A stretch of 64,000 nucleotides of DNA, from assembly GCA_038496445.1 (NCBI GenBank), contig JALMLS010000379.1:64214-128213 (forward strand), given 5' to 3'. The notes beneath the pieces are model-generated. The model saw nothing but the letters and a program-made list of their open reading frames with translations. It was not told the DNA's origin and made no database searches. The translations under genes and the position numbers were made by a program. Every line of letters begins with the position of its first letter. Position 1 is the first letter of the stretch. Shown here one piece after another: positions 23,572 through 36,600 of the stretch. Origin of the DNA: Trichosphaerium sp. ATCC 40318 (Eukaryota > Protista > Tubulinea).

Positions 23572-25239
23572 TCAATCTCGTTTAGGTAAAAACCGAGCAA
23601 TAGATATCTGCTCACAGTGACCAGTGCCACCTTTTTCTTTACTCATTTCGAATTTATAAGTATAGCAGTTGCCAGTAGATCCAAGGACTACAAGCAACGT
23701 CACAAGTAAGAAAAAAAAAACCATAAAAAGGTAGTAACGTACCTATGACATTATTGTCGCCTTGAAAGGCGCATATTGATTGTGGTTCTGGTACACTAAA
23801 TTGTGCAACACTCCATTCTGATCCAAGATAAGGTAGGACACCACGAAAGAATGATAAACTAAAATAACAAGTAAGAAGAAAGTCAACCAATAGAACTATG
23901 AAAAAAAAAAAAAAAACTTCGTCAAAAAATTATGTTTACCTTGATTGTCTGTTCACTTGACCCATATTATACAAGTGGACTGTACCCTTATCTGAAGTAA
24001 CACATAGTAAATTTGACTTTTCAGAGAAAGCGATACTCTAAAAACAAGGTTAACAACGTGAGTAGGAAATTTTTTTCATTTAAGTCATGGGAACTGAGTA
24101 TTACCTGAATTTCAGCTGTTTGTGCGCCTCTCCTCAACTCCTTTAATTGCTGTCCTGTACTCGTATCCCATATCCTAATAAGAGTACCACGATCGGAGGA
24201 CGTCGCAAGTAACTTCCCATCAAGACTACAAACTCCTTTAATACAACAAGAACCAACCTAACGTAAAAAGAAAAACCACAAAACGTCGAAGTGACGAATA
24301 ATTAGCCAACAACAAAATGATTTTGACATTTTTTTTTCATCTAGATGAGCCAAAAAACTATGTACCTCAACGTCAACTGTGTAATAGCGTTTGTATGTGC
24401 AGGTAATATATGAGTCTGACTCGTATTATAAACAGAGATTCGGACTTCACCTATTTTATTACCAAGTGTCACAAGGACGATACTTTCTTGTTGTGCGCTT
24501 AGAGCCAATAAGCCTTATTACAGTGTTAATTAAATTGATGGCAGTTTTTGATGAATAAAATACGTTATTAGACGTGTTTGTTTAAAAGCAATGCAAGGAT
24601 GATATAGCGTTAGTCAGTACGAGAAGCGCGTGTTTTTAGGATTTTGTATTTAAATTGGTACCTTTTGGGTTCTCGAATGTGTCTATCTGATCCAATAGGG
24701 ATAGATCGTCCATGTTATAAATGTAAACTTTTTTCTCTAAAGCTACGGCAATTCTAGCGGTTTGAGTGTTTTATTGCATGCAGGTCCTAAAAATGGCGTA
24801 CCTGTCACGTCGTAGCTTTACGCCTTTAACCCAGCTTCGAAATTCCAACTCTGCGATGCATTTACGTTGATAATCATCCCAGATCATTACTGAAGCGTGG
24901 TTAACGGACGTTAGACGTACATAAGGATAAAGAGACGGTTAAACTTGCCTTTATTCTTCTTCTTCGAGAATTTGGGGTTTTTACCACCTCCAACAAGTGC
25001 TATAATATTACTACGGTAGAGCATTGCCACGACACCAATTCCCCCATCGTCAAATTCTCGTTGGGGTGAGTACACTGTACTGAAACCCGTAATTAAGGCG
25101 TACCTCGCCGAAAACGGGATTTTAAAGGGTTAGTATCAAATACAAAGAAGCCATTCTCTGTGCCACAGGCAAAGCACCCATAGTCTTGATTAAACCCTAC
25201 ATAAAGTAGTTCGGTTTGAGGGTAAGCTGTTAAATCCAT
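23572..25239 (-). CDS. WDR45B: PROPPIN WD40 autophagy protein (WIPI3/Atg18 family)
   Basis: [50 protein letters not shown] phosphoinositide-binding motif, SDKGTVH, YLGSEWS; 9 exons. Paralog assignment approximate. Confidence 0.9.
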
Positions 25240-25508
25240 TTCGAAAATTCAGCCTTACTGAATTTGACTCGCGCAGAAAACGCAAAAAAAAAAGTCAAAA
25301 TAAATAAGTCTGTTTTGTAGACCCATTTTTCGGCAATCAATAGGTGATGAGAATCTTTACGTGGGTATAAAATGGGTTTAAAGGCAATAAAGCTGTTTGA
25401 CCTTTTTCTGCACTTTATTGTGCGTTCTACTGTACATTTAGGCTAAAATACGCTGCGTCATATAGCTGTCGCAACAGCACAAGTCGCAATTGTTGAGATT
25501 GTTAAAGT

Positions 25509-28500
25509 CTACGACTTAGATTCCTTTTTAAGAAACTTGGCTTTAGTAGTCTTTTCTGTCCTCCTTTTGCGTTGTGTTGGGCTTGTTGGTACATTACTAT
25601 CTGGTTCAGACACTTCAAGAAGCTAAAAACAAGGTAAACAACCAGCAGGATGAAACATTTTCAAAAAAACAATAAAAAGACTGTTTTGGAATTTTGTGTC
25701 GTACTGTTGTTAATGAGTTTCGACGACTAGGTCGTCTCTTTCTTCTACCACTTTTTGAAGAAGGTTTTGATTCAGTATAACTCCTCCTCGTCCTTGGCAT
25801 ATCAAGTTTATGACTTGTTACAAAATTGCGAGTTGATCCAGAACGTTTTACTAACGCATGACGTTTTCCTTGACGCTCAGTCTCGCTAGTGTCACCTATC
25901 ATACCCTAAAAAATGCACTCGTAAGGAAGAGAAAAAAAACATTGTTTTTCAGTTGTGGTTCTAGCTTACTTGCTGTCTGTGAGCGAACTTAGGCTCATGG
26001 CGTCCGTCTACTGATTGTGCAGTTCTAAGCCTATCTGATCTCTTAGAAGTAGATGATGCATAACCTAATGAAGCTATTCCAGAACGTTGGCTTCTCTTTG
26101 TTTTAGGTACACTAGGAGGTGGACTACTAGGTGGCTTTGTCCTGAGGGAAAATAGTTAGAGACAAACATAAGTCAGAAAAACAATAAAGGTTCAAACCTG
26201 GACGATAATGAACCCGATCCTTCTTCATTTTTATCATCTGTACGCATAGCCATTCTCTTTTGTGTTCGAGATGTGTTATTAGCAGTTCTAGGGGTACTAG
26301 AACCACTGAGGGATCTTTCAAGAATATCAACTTCCGGTTCCGCAACTCTTGTTGTATTGATTTCTTTTATAGGTATAGCAGCCATACGACGTTGTCTAAC
26401 CTGATACTCTGGACGCTCTCTAGTCTTGCTACTTCTTGGTGACATATTTTTAATACTAAAACTCTTTGGTCTTGTTGAAGGTTTCCTTTCAACGTTCCTT
26501 GGTCGCCTCTTACGTTGTGGTGTGATTGTTCTGTCACCAGAGCTTTGTTTTATTTGAGAATAACGAGGCTCAGGCTTCTTAGTAGGTGCTGGGTTTTGAG
26601 GTGCATAATCACCTTCTTCGTCTTCTTCTGTAAGCGTTGGGAGCCTATAAAACTTTGTAAGAAAGCTAGAAAATGACAAAAAACTGTTTGAAATAAAAAT
26701 AGATAAAATAGGTTCGTACATATTCTTAGGTCCTCTACGCCGTAACACACGTCGTACTCTTTTAATATTTTGCGGTGCACCACCTCCTCTCTTCTTAGGA
26801 GCACTTCTTGGACCTCCTGATCGCCTTCTGCGTTTACCGCTGAACCTGTTCTTGTGCTTTCGAGCACGATCGTCGATGATGAACTTTAAAGTTGATCAAT
26901 ACATAGAGGTATGAAAAAAAGAAAAAAAAGACTTACAGCGCCCTGACTGTTAGGTCCGAAATGAGAGGATATTTTAATAGGTTTAATTGGCTTCTCCGGT
27001 TTAGGAGCAATAACCTCTTCTTTCGGTTCAGTTATACAGTGATCGCCTTGGGCGAGCTTTTTAACATCAACACTCGATAGAGTTCTAAACAGTTTGATTA
27101 GGACTTGTTTAACAAACTCTTGTACATACCTTGCTGTAAACAAAGAATGATGAGTCGGTAGTGCATAATAAGCTACAGTAGTAGACGTTGGTGTCTGTAC
27201 ACGAAACTTTAGAGTATACAGCTGAGGAACAGTTGGATTGATATCGATCTACAATCAGTTGTTAGTTAAAAATAAATCCACATAACTAAATTACCAATCC
27301 TGATATAACTACACGTGTTGTACTAGATCGCTTCCCGAGGGTATCAAAAATAGCAATCTCAGTATTGTTATTTGCCTTTGCAGTATGGGCCATTTGACGT
27401 ATAAGATCACGTGAAATGTGAACAGTTTGAGTTTTGCTGCATCCAGGTATTGGTCCAATGATTGCAGCAAAGGCTATTGTTGAATGATACTTTCCAACAA
27501 CAATCTCATATCCAACGCCAGTAAACTGGCGTCTATCATTTATCATATCATCAGCATGAGTCTCCCAAATGAGAGGCGTGATGATCAGTTGATTTTCAGC
27601 AACAAAATTTGCAGGTGGCGGTTTATACGCATTGTCAATGTATTTGACTTGTACGCTTGATTTATTGCCTACAACGTCGCAAGCAAACAGCCGTAAATAC
27701 AATGGTAGTGGTAGAGTAACAGGAAGACTAAAAGAGGCATGAGAACTTGAAAAAACGCAAAAACAAAGGGTACCGTTCTTTCATAATCTTAGAAGCAGGT
27801 AATGGTGCGTTGATTGTTATATACAAGCTGACAGTAGCTGTGACTATCTGTAATGGTTTAAGATATATTATACCATCAACATCATCATCTACATCTCTAA
27901 TAAAGTTGAAGGAAATATCAGTATGCTCAACTTTGTTCCTACGGACAAGTTAGTTTCAAAAAAGAAAGTCAATGTTTATTTACCATACTGCCATGTCGTC
28001 TTTGCCTTTAACCAAATACTCTCCCCATAGACAGTGTAACGGTATTGGCTCGCCATCACTACATTTGTTTCGAATCTCAATAGGAACCTGCGAACGAAGT
28101 ATTAGTATTGTTTCTATCTAGAAAGGGCACTATCATACCTTGCAACATAGAAAGTGTTTATGGGCATGACGATCTGGTGATACAAGTTGTTGCTTTAGAA
28201 AGAGTTAGTTTAAAAATGGCACATGTATATTTTAAGATAACGAACCTCTTCTTCATCAAAAAGCTGATAAGGTACATGTAATATTTGAATGTTTGATCCA
28301 CTAATATACGATATATTTATAGTTTTAGATTCATCAGCCAATGGCTCAGTAGGTTCAATTTCAGGATCCATACTTATCCACCGCTAATTTGTTTTTAATG
28401 ATTTCAATCTTTTTAAGAGTACTCTGTTTGTACCTCCATAACTTTTTCAAATCTAGTCCCTTCATAGTTAGGTTGAGGTATTTCATAGCATCCCTCTGAA

Positions 28501-31500
28501 GGCACCAAGTTCGGTACATGTATTGTCTTTACAGATCCAAGAGTAAATCCATCTTCATCAACATTAAACGCAACATGCTACAAGGATGTTAAACAAAAAA
28601 CACTATAATTGCTAACATAAAAAAGAGTTTTGTAATACTATTACTGTGCCTAGTACCTTTGTTGTTGGTTCAATATCCGACACACATTTAAGTGACATTA
28701 ACAATCCACATATCCTGTTGTCTTTACTAAATGTCCATTTTACTGATACACTCCACTGACCATTTACATCAGTCTTATTAATTATACTAGCTTGATTCTC
28801 ATCATTTGGAATAGCTAGAACTTGAGCTGGAGAGAACTCACCAAAAAACACAGGCCAATCGAGAAAGTACTTTACAACAACGTATAGGTTGCCTCCCTAA
28901 AAGAAAAAGAGTCAGAGCTTGAATGTATCCGCCTAACATACAGCTGTCAACCCACAACTGACACGTTTGTGTGGTCGTTCATCATCGGCAAAGTCTTCAA
29001 GGTCAAGTGATGTCCATTTGGTTTCTTTGTCACGTTTATGTGGGTCAGCCCATAAGAAATACGCTGGATACTCATATTCAGTGTGATGATCGCACATATG
29101 TGCTCCTTGTGTGCATCCGCTGTCAATAAGATCAAGCCAATGACCTTCTTTTTTACAACAATGACACTGCCAAACCTTTCCACGAGAAACAATACGCTCA
29201 AAAGGACCACTATGATATCTACAAGCTCTTGAACTAAAAGAAATAATTTAGGACATTGAGTTAAAAATACCAACAACGTACTGGTTATTTGCATGCTTGT
29301 ATTTTTGACTACATTGAACACATGTAAGTTCTTCCTCTACTCTTTCAAAATCACGCATCTCTAAACGTGGCTAAACAACTATTAGTACGAAATGCATCTT
29401 TGGATTTGTACCGTGATAGGTGTTCGAGGAACACTTGTAATATTACAGAAATTAGGAGCAGTATTTGTAAGAGATGCTCTGTCTGGAGTGTCATCTTGTG
29501 ACAGTGTCATACTTAGTTCTTTAAGATGCGGTAGCTCTATTGCATACGTTAGCAAACCATCACAAGTGATACCGTGACTTACTACTAAGAAGCCCAGACA
29601 CAGCCTGAGGTGTAATCTTTGGGCAACTACCAAGATCAAGAGAACGTAATCCTTTGTGTTTCTCAATATCAACAAGAATCCTATTCGTTATACGCCTGCA
29701 GTTTCTTACTGACATTGAGGTTAACTGACCTGCTGTATCAGATAGCATAAACGATACAGCTTCATCAGATAAAACATCACCACAATTGGCAAAGTTTAGG
29801 AATGATATACGTTTATAAGAAGGATGATCTTTAAGTGCTTGCCGAACTGTAGCGTGAGGCGCATGAAAAGCTGCCAGTAGTATCTAAAAATATACATTCA
29901 ATACTCTTAATCAAGCCAAAGGCATGCTTTTATCGAACCTTGGCTAACTCTTTGCCTTGATGCTTGAAAACTTGGCGCATCTTTGCATTAAAGTATGCTG
30001 GGTCTAATCGTATTGTTTGTATAAAAAGTGTGCCAGCACGTTTCATTAATTCTTCAAAGGACGGTTCCTACAATAAAATTCATAAGAAAACTACAAATAT
30101 ATGTTTGGTGAAGTTAATCATTCATCTTGTTCAGAAATTGACTTTTCAAATTAATGTTACGTACCAGATCTACAACACCTTTTTCTGCTTCAACACGTGT
30201 TAGTACACCCCATTCTGTGAGTGTACGGCCCCAGTAGTATAAAAGATCCGGACGAAGGGAATTCAGAGAATAACCAAGTTCAAAAACGGAGTTGGCTTGA
30301 CGAAGTAGTTGAAATGCATCACGCTCAGCTTCCTTTGCGCGTCTATACATTAATTTACTCCACGAAACAAGTACCATCGAACAATTAGGTGAAGTACCAA
30401 CAGCCTAAAGAAGACATTAACAAAATAACTTACCAACGATAAAAAAAAAGGTACTTGTTGCATCTTTTGGTTAGCAATTTTCCACAACCGTGCAGCTGCA
30501 TGGTTTTCTGTATCTCTACGTGTAGCACAAAGAATATTAGTAAACCCTTCAGCTATGTAACCAAGAGGTGATTTCTAGGCGAAAGACATAAATATACAGA
30601 GGATAGGCGCAATCAATCTAACCTTAACAACAGGCTTGATGCCCAGAATATCCAGAGGTACAAACTGAAAAGTATCCGGAGAGGCTTTTAAAGCATCTAA
30701 GGCTACAGGCTCAAAACTTATGCCTAGTGAAGACTCAAGACGTTTAATTAATAGATATCTTAAATTAAAGCATAAGTATGAGTTGTAGAGGCACTATTGT
30801 AAAACGTACTTGTCAATATGGTGTTGGATATCGAGATCTTCAAGTTGATCAATCTTTTGTCTTATATTTCTAACTTGAAATTCGCTTTCCTCAAACTGAC
30901 CAGCAAGCATTGGTGGCATCTTTCTATAAACCAATGCATTTGACATATTAATTTCGAATTCATGTGAACGTGTATGATTACGAGTTATATAACAATCATT
31001 ACATAGATCGAAATGAGGGCATTTGGTACATGACCACCTTCAAAAAAAACTTTAAATGACTTTACATTGGTACAAGTAAAAAAAAAGCAAAGCCTTACCT
31101 TGGTCCTGCGAATGCAGTTTTACCGCATTGATGACAAGAACAAATATTTACATATCTCCTATAATTCGCTAGCGTATCATGTACTCTTACCATATATTCT
31201 TTTTGAGGAGATTTTAAATAACAGTTATGACACATGTCAATAGTTCGAAAGTTCCATCTAATACCATGAACAGGATTCATACCACAACGATGACATTTGA
31301 CTTTATAATGTACATTACAACTATTGTAATTAGTAAAATTGAGTATAAATAAAAATAATAACATACCTAGCATTATCATAGGCAATATCGGCTAACATGA
31401 ATTTTGAAACCATTTGAGCTTTTATGACATGTTTCCAGAATTCATCAGACAACATACCATTACCAAGTATTAACGATAGCTGATCTAGTAGTATATCTAC

Positions 31501-33181
31501 TAGTGGTTTATCTCTGACTGACATGGACTCTTCCTTTACTTCACGCCACTGTCTTCGAACACTATTCTTTATAACACGTGAAACAATTTCTGTTAAAATG
31601 ATACAGCTTTAAAAATCATGAGTACACCAAAAAATGAGTGTCATAGTGTACCGTAATTTTGGAGATGCAATTTGGCACCATATAGTAAGAAGCCATCGTA
31701 TATTTATGCCTGTACTATGGAGTTTCTGTGTAAGAGAAGTTATCCACTGGAGAGCATCAGGGCTTGACTCTTTTGCAAAATCTGATTCTATTTTATGTAC
31801 AAACGTTGGAATCACCTATTTTTCATTTGTCAACGTTAACACTAGCATTATTAAGCCTTACTTCATTTAATAAATATTTTGTTGATTTAAGTACTTCCTT
31901 GTTATGTTGCTGAGAGTAAGGATCGTTGGCTTGATAGGCACTAAAAAATATTTTAGCATGATCCTACTATTATTTATGTTGAAATACAAAATTGTACCTG
32001 AATGCATCAGAGCACACTGCAACCCCTATTTTCTGCACAAGTTCGGGTCGCAACAGGCGCGTATATATACCGACCGTTGGACGTCTGTGAGAAGGTGCTT
32101 CAACAGGAAAAACTCGACCAGCACCAATTACTACATATCCGCCATTTTGCCATGGCTCATGGACCTCACAATCAGCTGCTGAGTATATGTACATTTTTTT
32201 AACTAAGTGTCCTTTGATATTTAAACTCTTTGCTGCCTTTAAAAAGTATGCAATTAGACTTACAAGCTAATACAACAAATGATAAACAATATTAACATTA
32301 CCTGCTTCATCTTATGATTCAGGCCGGGTAGATCAGCATGTATTGTTGTGCCCTTATCCATTGAACCATACCTTAGAGTATCACGCCCAATGGGTACTAC
32401 AGCAGAAGCTACAAAAATAGTTAATCAGTGTTTTTAAATAACAACAATTCTTACCTAAAATACGAAAACCATGAAAATCAATAATACACATAATAGGCGT
32501 AATTAAATCGGGTATTGAGCAAAGTTGGTAACTAATCCCACCCCTGTGCATCGAAATTAGCGCTTTAAAACATTTAAAAAAGTTATGGTTTGTTCCAAAA
32601 ACAGAAAAAACACAAAAGGATTCAAACTTGCCTAAATACACTGCTTGCCGCTTTTACGGCGTTGTCGTCACCTGAGTACTGACCGTACGTATCACGACTT
32701 ACCTACTCGATTTGTAAACAAACAAAACGCTGGTAGGAACGGCGTACTTTGAATATAATGCCATGATAACAGTACTTCCATTCACCCTCACTGATAGGCA
32801 AAAAGCTATTTTCGTTGGTATACAGTTGCGTAATGATACGTTTTGCAGTGGTTTCAGCTACATTGTTAAATTCTCGATATAGTTTGGCAATTTGCTCCCA
32901 TTTTGAGACATTTGTGTCGCGTTTACGTAGTAGGGCTCTGTACCGCCCCATCCATTGATATTCGTCATTGGGAAGCGTTGTTTGTCCTAATGCAACCGGT
33001 GTACGTTGTAACGCACTGAGGGTGTCATCTGAGGCACAAAAACATTAACTTTCCATTTAGTTCAATTTGAAAGTAAACACATTCCAGTTCAACACTAACG
33101 CATACCTGTGCCCGATGTCCTGGAGCTTTCAAACCCGCTAGAGTTTGAGAAGTAGTCTAAGGCACTATCTGACTCTGCCAT
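25509..33181 (-). CDS. very large Clu-domain protein with ZZ zinc fingers, helical repeats, LRR, a further Cys/His finger and an Arg/Ser-rich tail
   Basis: Continuous spliced frame over ~28 exons: Clu motifs (IDFHGFRI, YGSMDKG, LNIKGH, RLLRPELV, CSDAF, HSTGINIRWL), two ZZ-like fingers (CHRC...CHNC; CHQC...CTKC...CNDC), LRR (LRSLDLGSCPKIT), CVQC...CRYHSG...CC...GC motif. Confidence 0.8.
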
Positions 33182-33621
33182 TTGCCATCGAGGTGATGTC
33201 CGTAAGATGTCCTACCGTCAAACAATGCGTGTTTTTAGAACGGTGTTGACCTGCCAGATTAAGAGCCACCAGACGTCACGAAGGGGAAAAAAAGTGAATG
33301 ATAGCGCCATATCTGCTGATATAGCGCATTATTTGGCTTAACTGTTTACAAAAGAGTTTTTGAAGCGGAGCGTTACTAGTGTTACTATTGCTCCCAAAGG
33401 CGCAATCAATACGCGGATTGAGTTATCGTAGTTTTGCGCAATTGCTACCGTTTTTTTTGAAACTTGACTTAGCCGTCAAAAATAGCTAGTTAGGCCGTGT
33501 TGCAGCATTACAACCACCAGGGAATTTGCATGTTCTACTGCTAATTTACAATTGTTTTAATTGTCTTGTGTTGAGTGATTTCGTTGAGCGAGGTTGTTTT
33601 AACCCTATTGCTGTCACAACG

Positions 33622-36600
33622 ATGGGTACGTATATTAATGAGGCTGCAGAGTATTTTAACGCTCCCAGAAAAACCCTCAAAGAAAGAAAAGAAAAGCAAG
33701 AGCAAGCGGAACAAAAATGGGAGTAGCAGCCAAAAGAGCGGTACCACTATTGGTGGCATGTTCAAAAACGCATTTACAAAAGGTAAATACCTGACACAAA
33801 CGACAACAGCACTAGCAACTGTTCTCAGCGCGATTATCGGTTGCGGTTCATTTTACAAAGCTGTATTTCATATTTACCATACTGAACTTTAATAAGGAAG
33901 TCCAACGTCAACAACGGTATCTGCAGACGGCCTAGACGGTGCTATATCGAAAACCAGTCCGCAACCATGGAGGTCGAATAGTGACGGTAGGAGTGGTTTG
34001 CGTGCAGCAAGGCGCAGTCCACAAGGTTTTGTCAAAGGTACATATCGTAACAGTTGTTTCTGTTTTTTTTGGCTAACACCTCAAAAGATTGGCAAGCTAA
34101 ACCGAAAGTTATTTCCAGAATCGGTACTGTCGACCAAGAAGCCCTAATACGTATGTTTACAACAGCAATTTTTTTCAAATTAGACCAAAAAAAACTGGCT
34201 TCACAGCGGGTTTTTTGTACAAACAAGCGCTGTTGCGTGTATAGTACAGTGTTCTTTATGTTCATGTGAATTCTATTCGTTTATTTGCAAAATACACAGT
34301 TATTTTCCTTAAACCTCATTTTCATAATGTAATATCGCGTAGGTGACTGTGCCGCTTGTAGTACAGCGCTTAGGGAGGTTTGGAAGCGATTAGAGCGCTC
34401 AGAAGATGTAGAAGAATTTGTTGCTTTGCACGACCTTATCGAGCATTCTCTTGGTATGGTTGCAAAAATAACTAGTCCAGACAATGAAGAAGAGTTCTTG
34501 TACGTTGCATTATCTGTTTTAGGCAATTATTAAACTCCTTACTGCCCTTTCCTTGTATTGTATTGCTAATGCAGTTTAGGCGCGAATTAATGACTTTTCG
34601 GGCTGTACTCACTGAATGGAAAACGGAAGTATTGCGTTTAGCTGATGTTGAGAAACTACGGTATTGTTTAGCATCGCCTCATCGTAGGCGCAAGATTGCG
34701 CGTAATAATTCTCGTGTATATAAGTAAGTGGAATTGCTAAATAACTGCGCTTCGTGGTGCGAAACTTAATACTTTTTTTTTTTCCCTTAGGGAATTGAAG
34801 ATTGTGCTCATGTTAGCTGGGTTATCAGATAAATTAGATTCTACACCTGCACAGCTACAACGAACAGAATCAGTGAGTGTAATTACATCTACTGAGGTAA
34901 CGCATTGCCATGACCACTTATGTTATTTTGGTTGTACTAATTTATGCTTTGCGAAACAGGGTTTTGAGTTTTGGATGAAATCGTTTAAAAAAGGTGATTT
35001 GGTCATGGTGGCTTGGCAACGTTTTAGTAAAGCGTACAGAAAATTTATAGGTTAGTTGTGTTTTTTTTGTTTTTACTGGGCCTGTTCTATTTTAGAAAAA
35101 GCTCCCACATTGCAATAATATATTATTTACAACAGGGTCAGGCAAGGCATTTTCTCCCGCTGATGAGATGCTTCTTAAACTCGTATTGGACAATGGAAAT
35201 ACAGGCTATGTAACGCCTAGGCGGTTCTCTGATTTGTTAAAGGCGTTTGCGCCAATGTCACAGTCTCTGGAGAAAGTTAAAGCTGTGTTTGAACAAAAAT
35301 GGTTTCAAGGGTTTTTATCAGTTGAAGAAGTAGTCCATTTGCTCTCAGATCAGTGCGTTTTAATGCCTACGGTTTTTTATGTGTATTTTTACTCATGTGT
35401 TCATAAAGGGCGAAAGGCACATTTCTCGTTCGCTTCAGTAAATCGCGAACTGACTCATTTGCCTTGGAATATGTCGAATCCAAGGGAAAGATACGCACAG
35501 TAAAGATTTTAAATTGTCAACCACAAGGAGTTGAAGTAGAGCAAGATAATGATATGTCTAAGCGATTTAAGAGCTTGACAGCGCTCATTCAACATTATCC
35601 GTTCCTAAAGCGGCCATTCTTTTCAGATATATTACAACAGCAGTACGTTTGTTTATTGCTTGTTGTTAGTTTCATACACTCAATTCGCTTTTAGTTGGTT
35701 CAAGGGTGATATGGGAAAGGAAGAGGCAGAAGAACTTCTTGAACCTACACCGCCAGGCACTTTTATGATTCGCTTGAGCGAGTTTGGTACAAATCATTTT
35801 CTTGTGTGTTCGTATGTGAACAGACAACGTAGAATCAAACATGTGTTGCTTCAAAAGGTAAATTATTATCCTGTAATTTTTTTTGTCAAAACCAGGCTCT
35901 AGAATTGCCTAATTTTGTTTTAGGTTCGATCGGGTTATGTTCAGAAGCGTATAGACGAAACAGCTAAGAAATCTGATGTAATTTACCCAACAATTGGTGA
36001 TTTTATTAAACATCATCACCAACAACTATGTTATAATTATGACCCGGAAGGTGTTCCCTCCTTACCAGTTGTGCCATTTCAAAGGTAACGTGTACCAAAC
36101 TTTTCCAAACACATTAGAAAATTACTAATTGATCGTTTAGTGGAAAAAAGGTTGAGATTGTTGCGCCTACGGATAAGGGTGGAGGCGACAAGTCTACACT
36201 AGGTACATAATATGTTTTCTCACATGCGTTAACAATTAAACAAAGGCGATGCTGTGTGCGCTCATTCTGTAGCTACTTATCCTTGTAATTCTTTGGGTTA
36301 TCAAGTGATGTGTGATTACTATCGTTTAGCTATTACAGGCAATAGGTACGCTTTAATCTTTTCTTTTTATACATTTCTAATATATATAGAACTGTCTTTG
36401 CATTGGCTGACGGTTGTAACTGGGGACTACGTCCTCGTGAAGCTGCGATTCGTGCATCTAAGGCTTTTGTAAATTTCTTGGCTGAGCGTCAAGATTCTAT
36501 TAATCATACTCTTGATGCAAAGCATTTTATGCTTCGTGCGCTATCTAAAGCGCATGAAAAGATTGTAGAAGGTCAAGAGAGCATCTGGGATGCTGGTACT

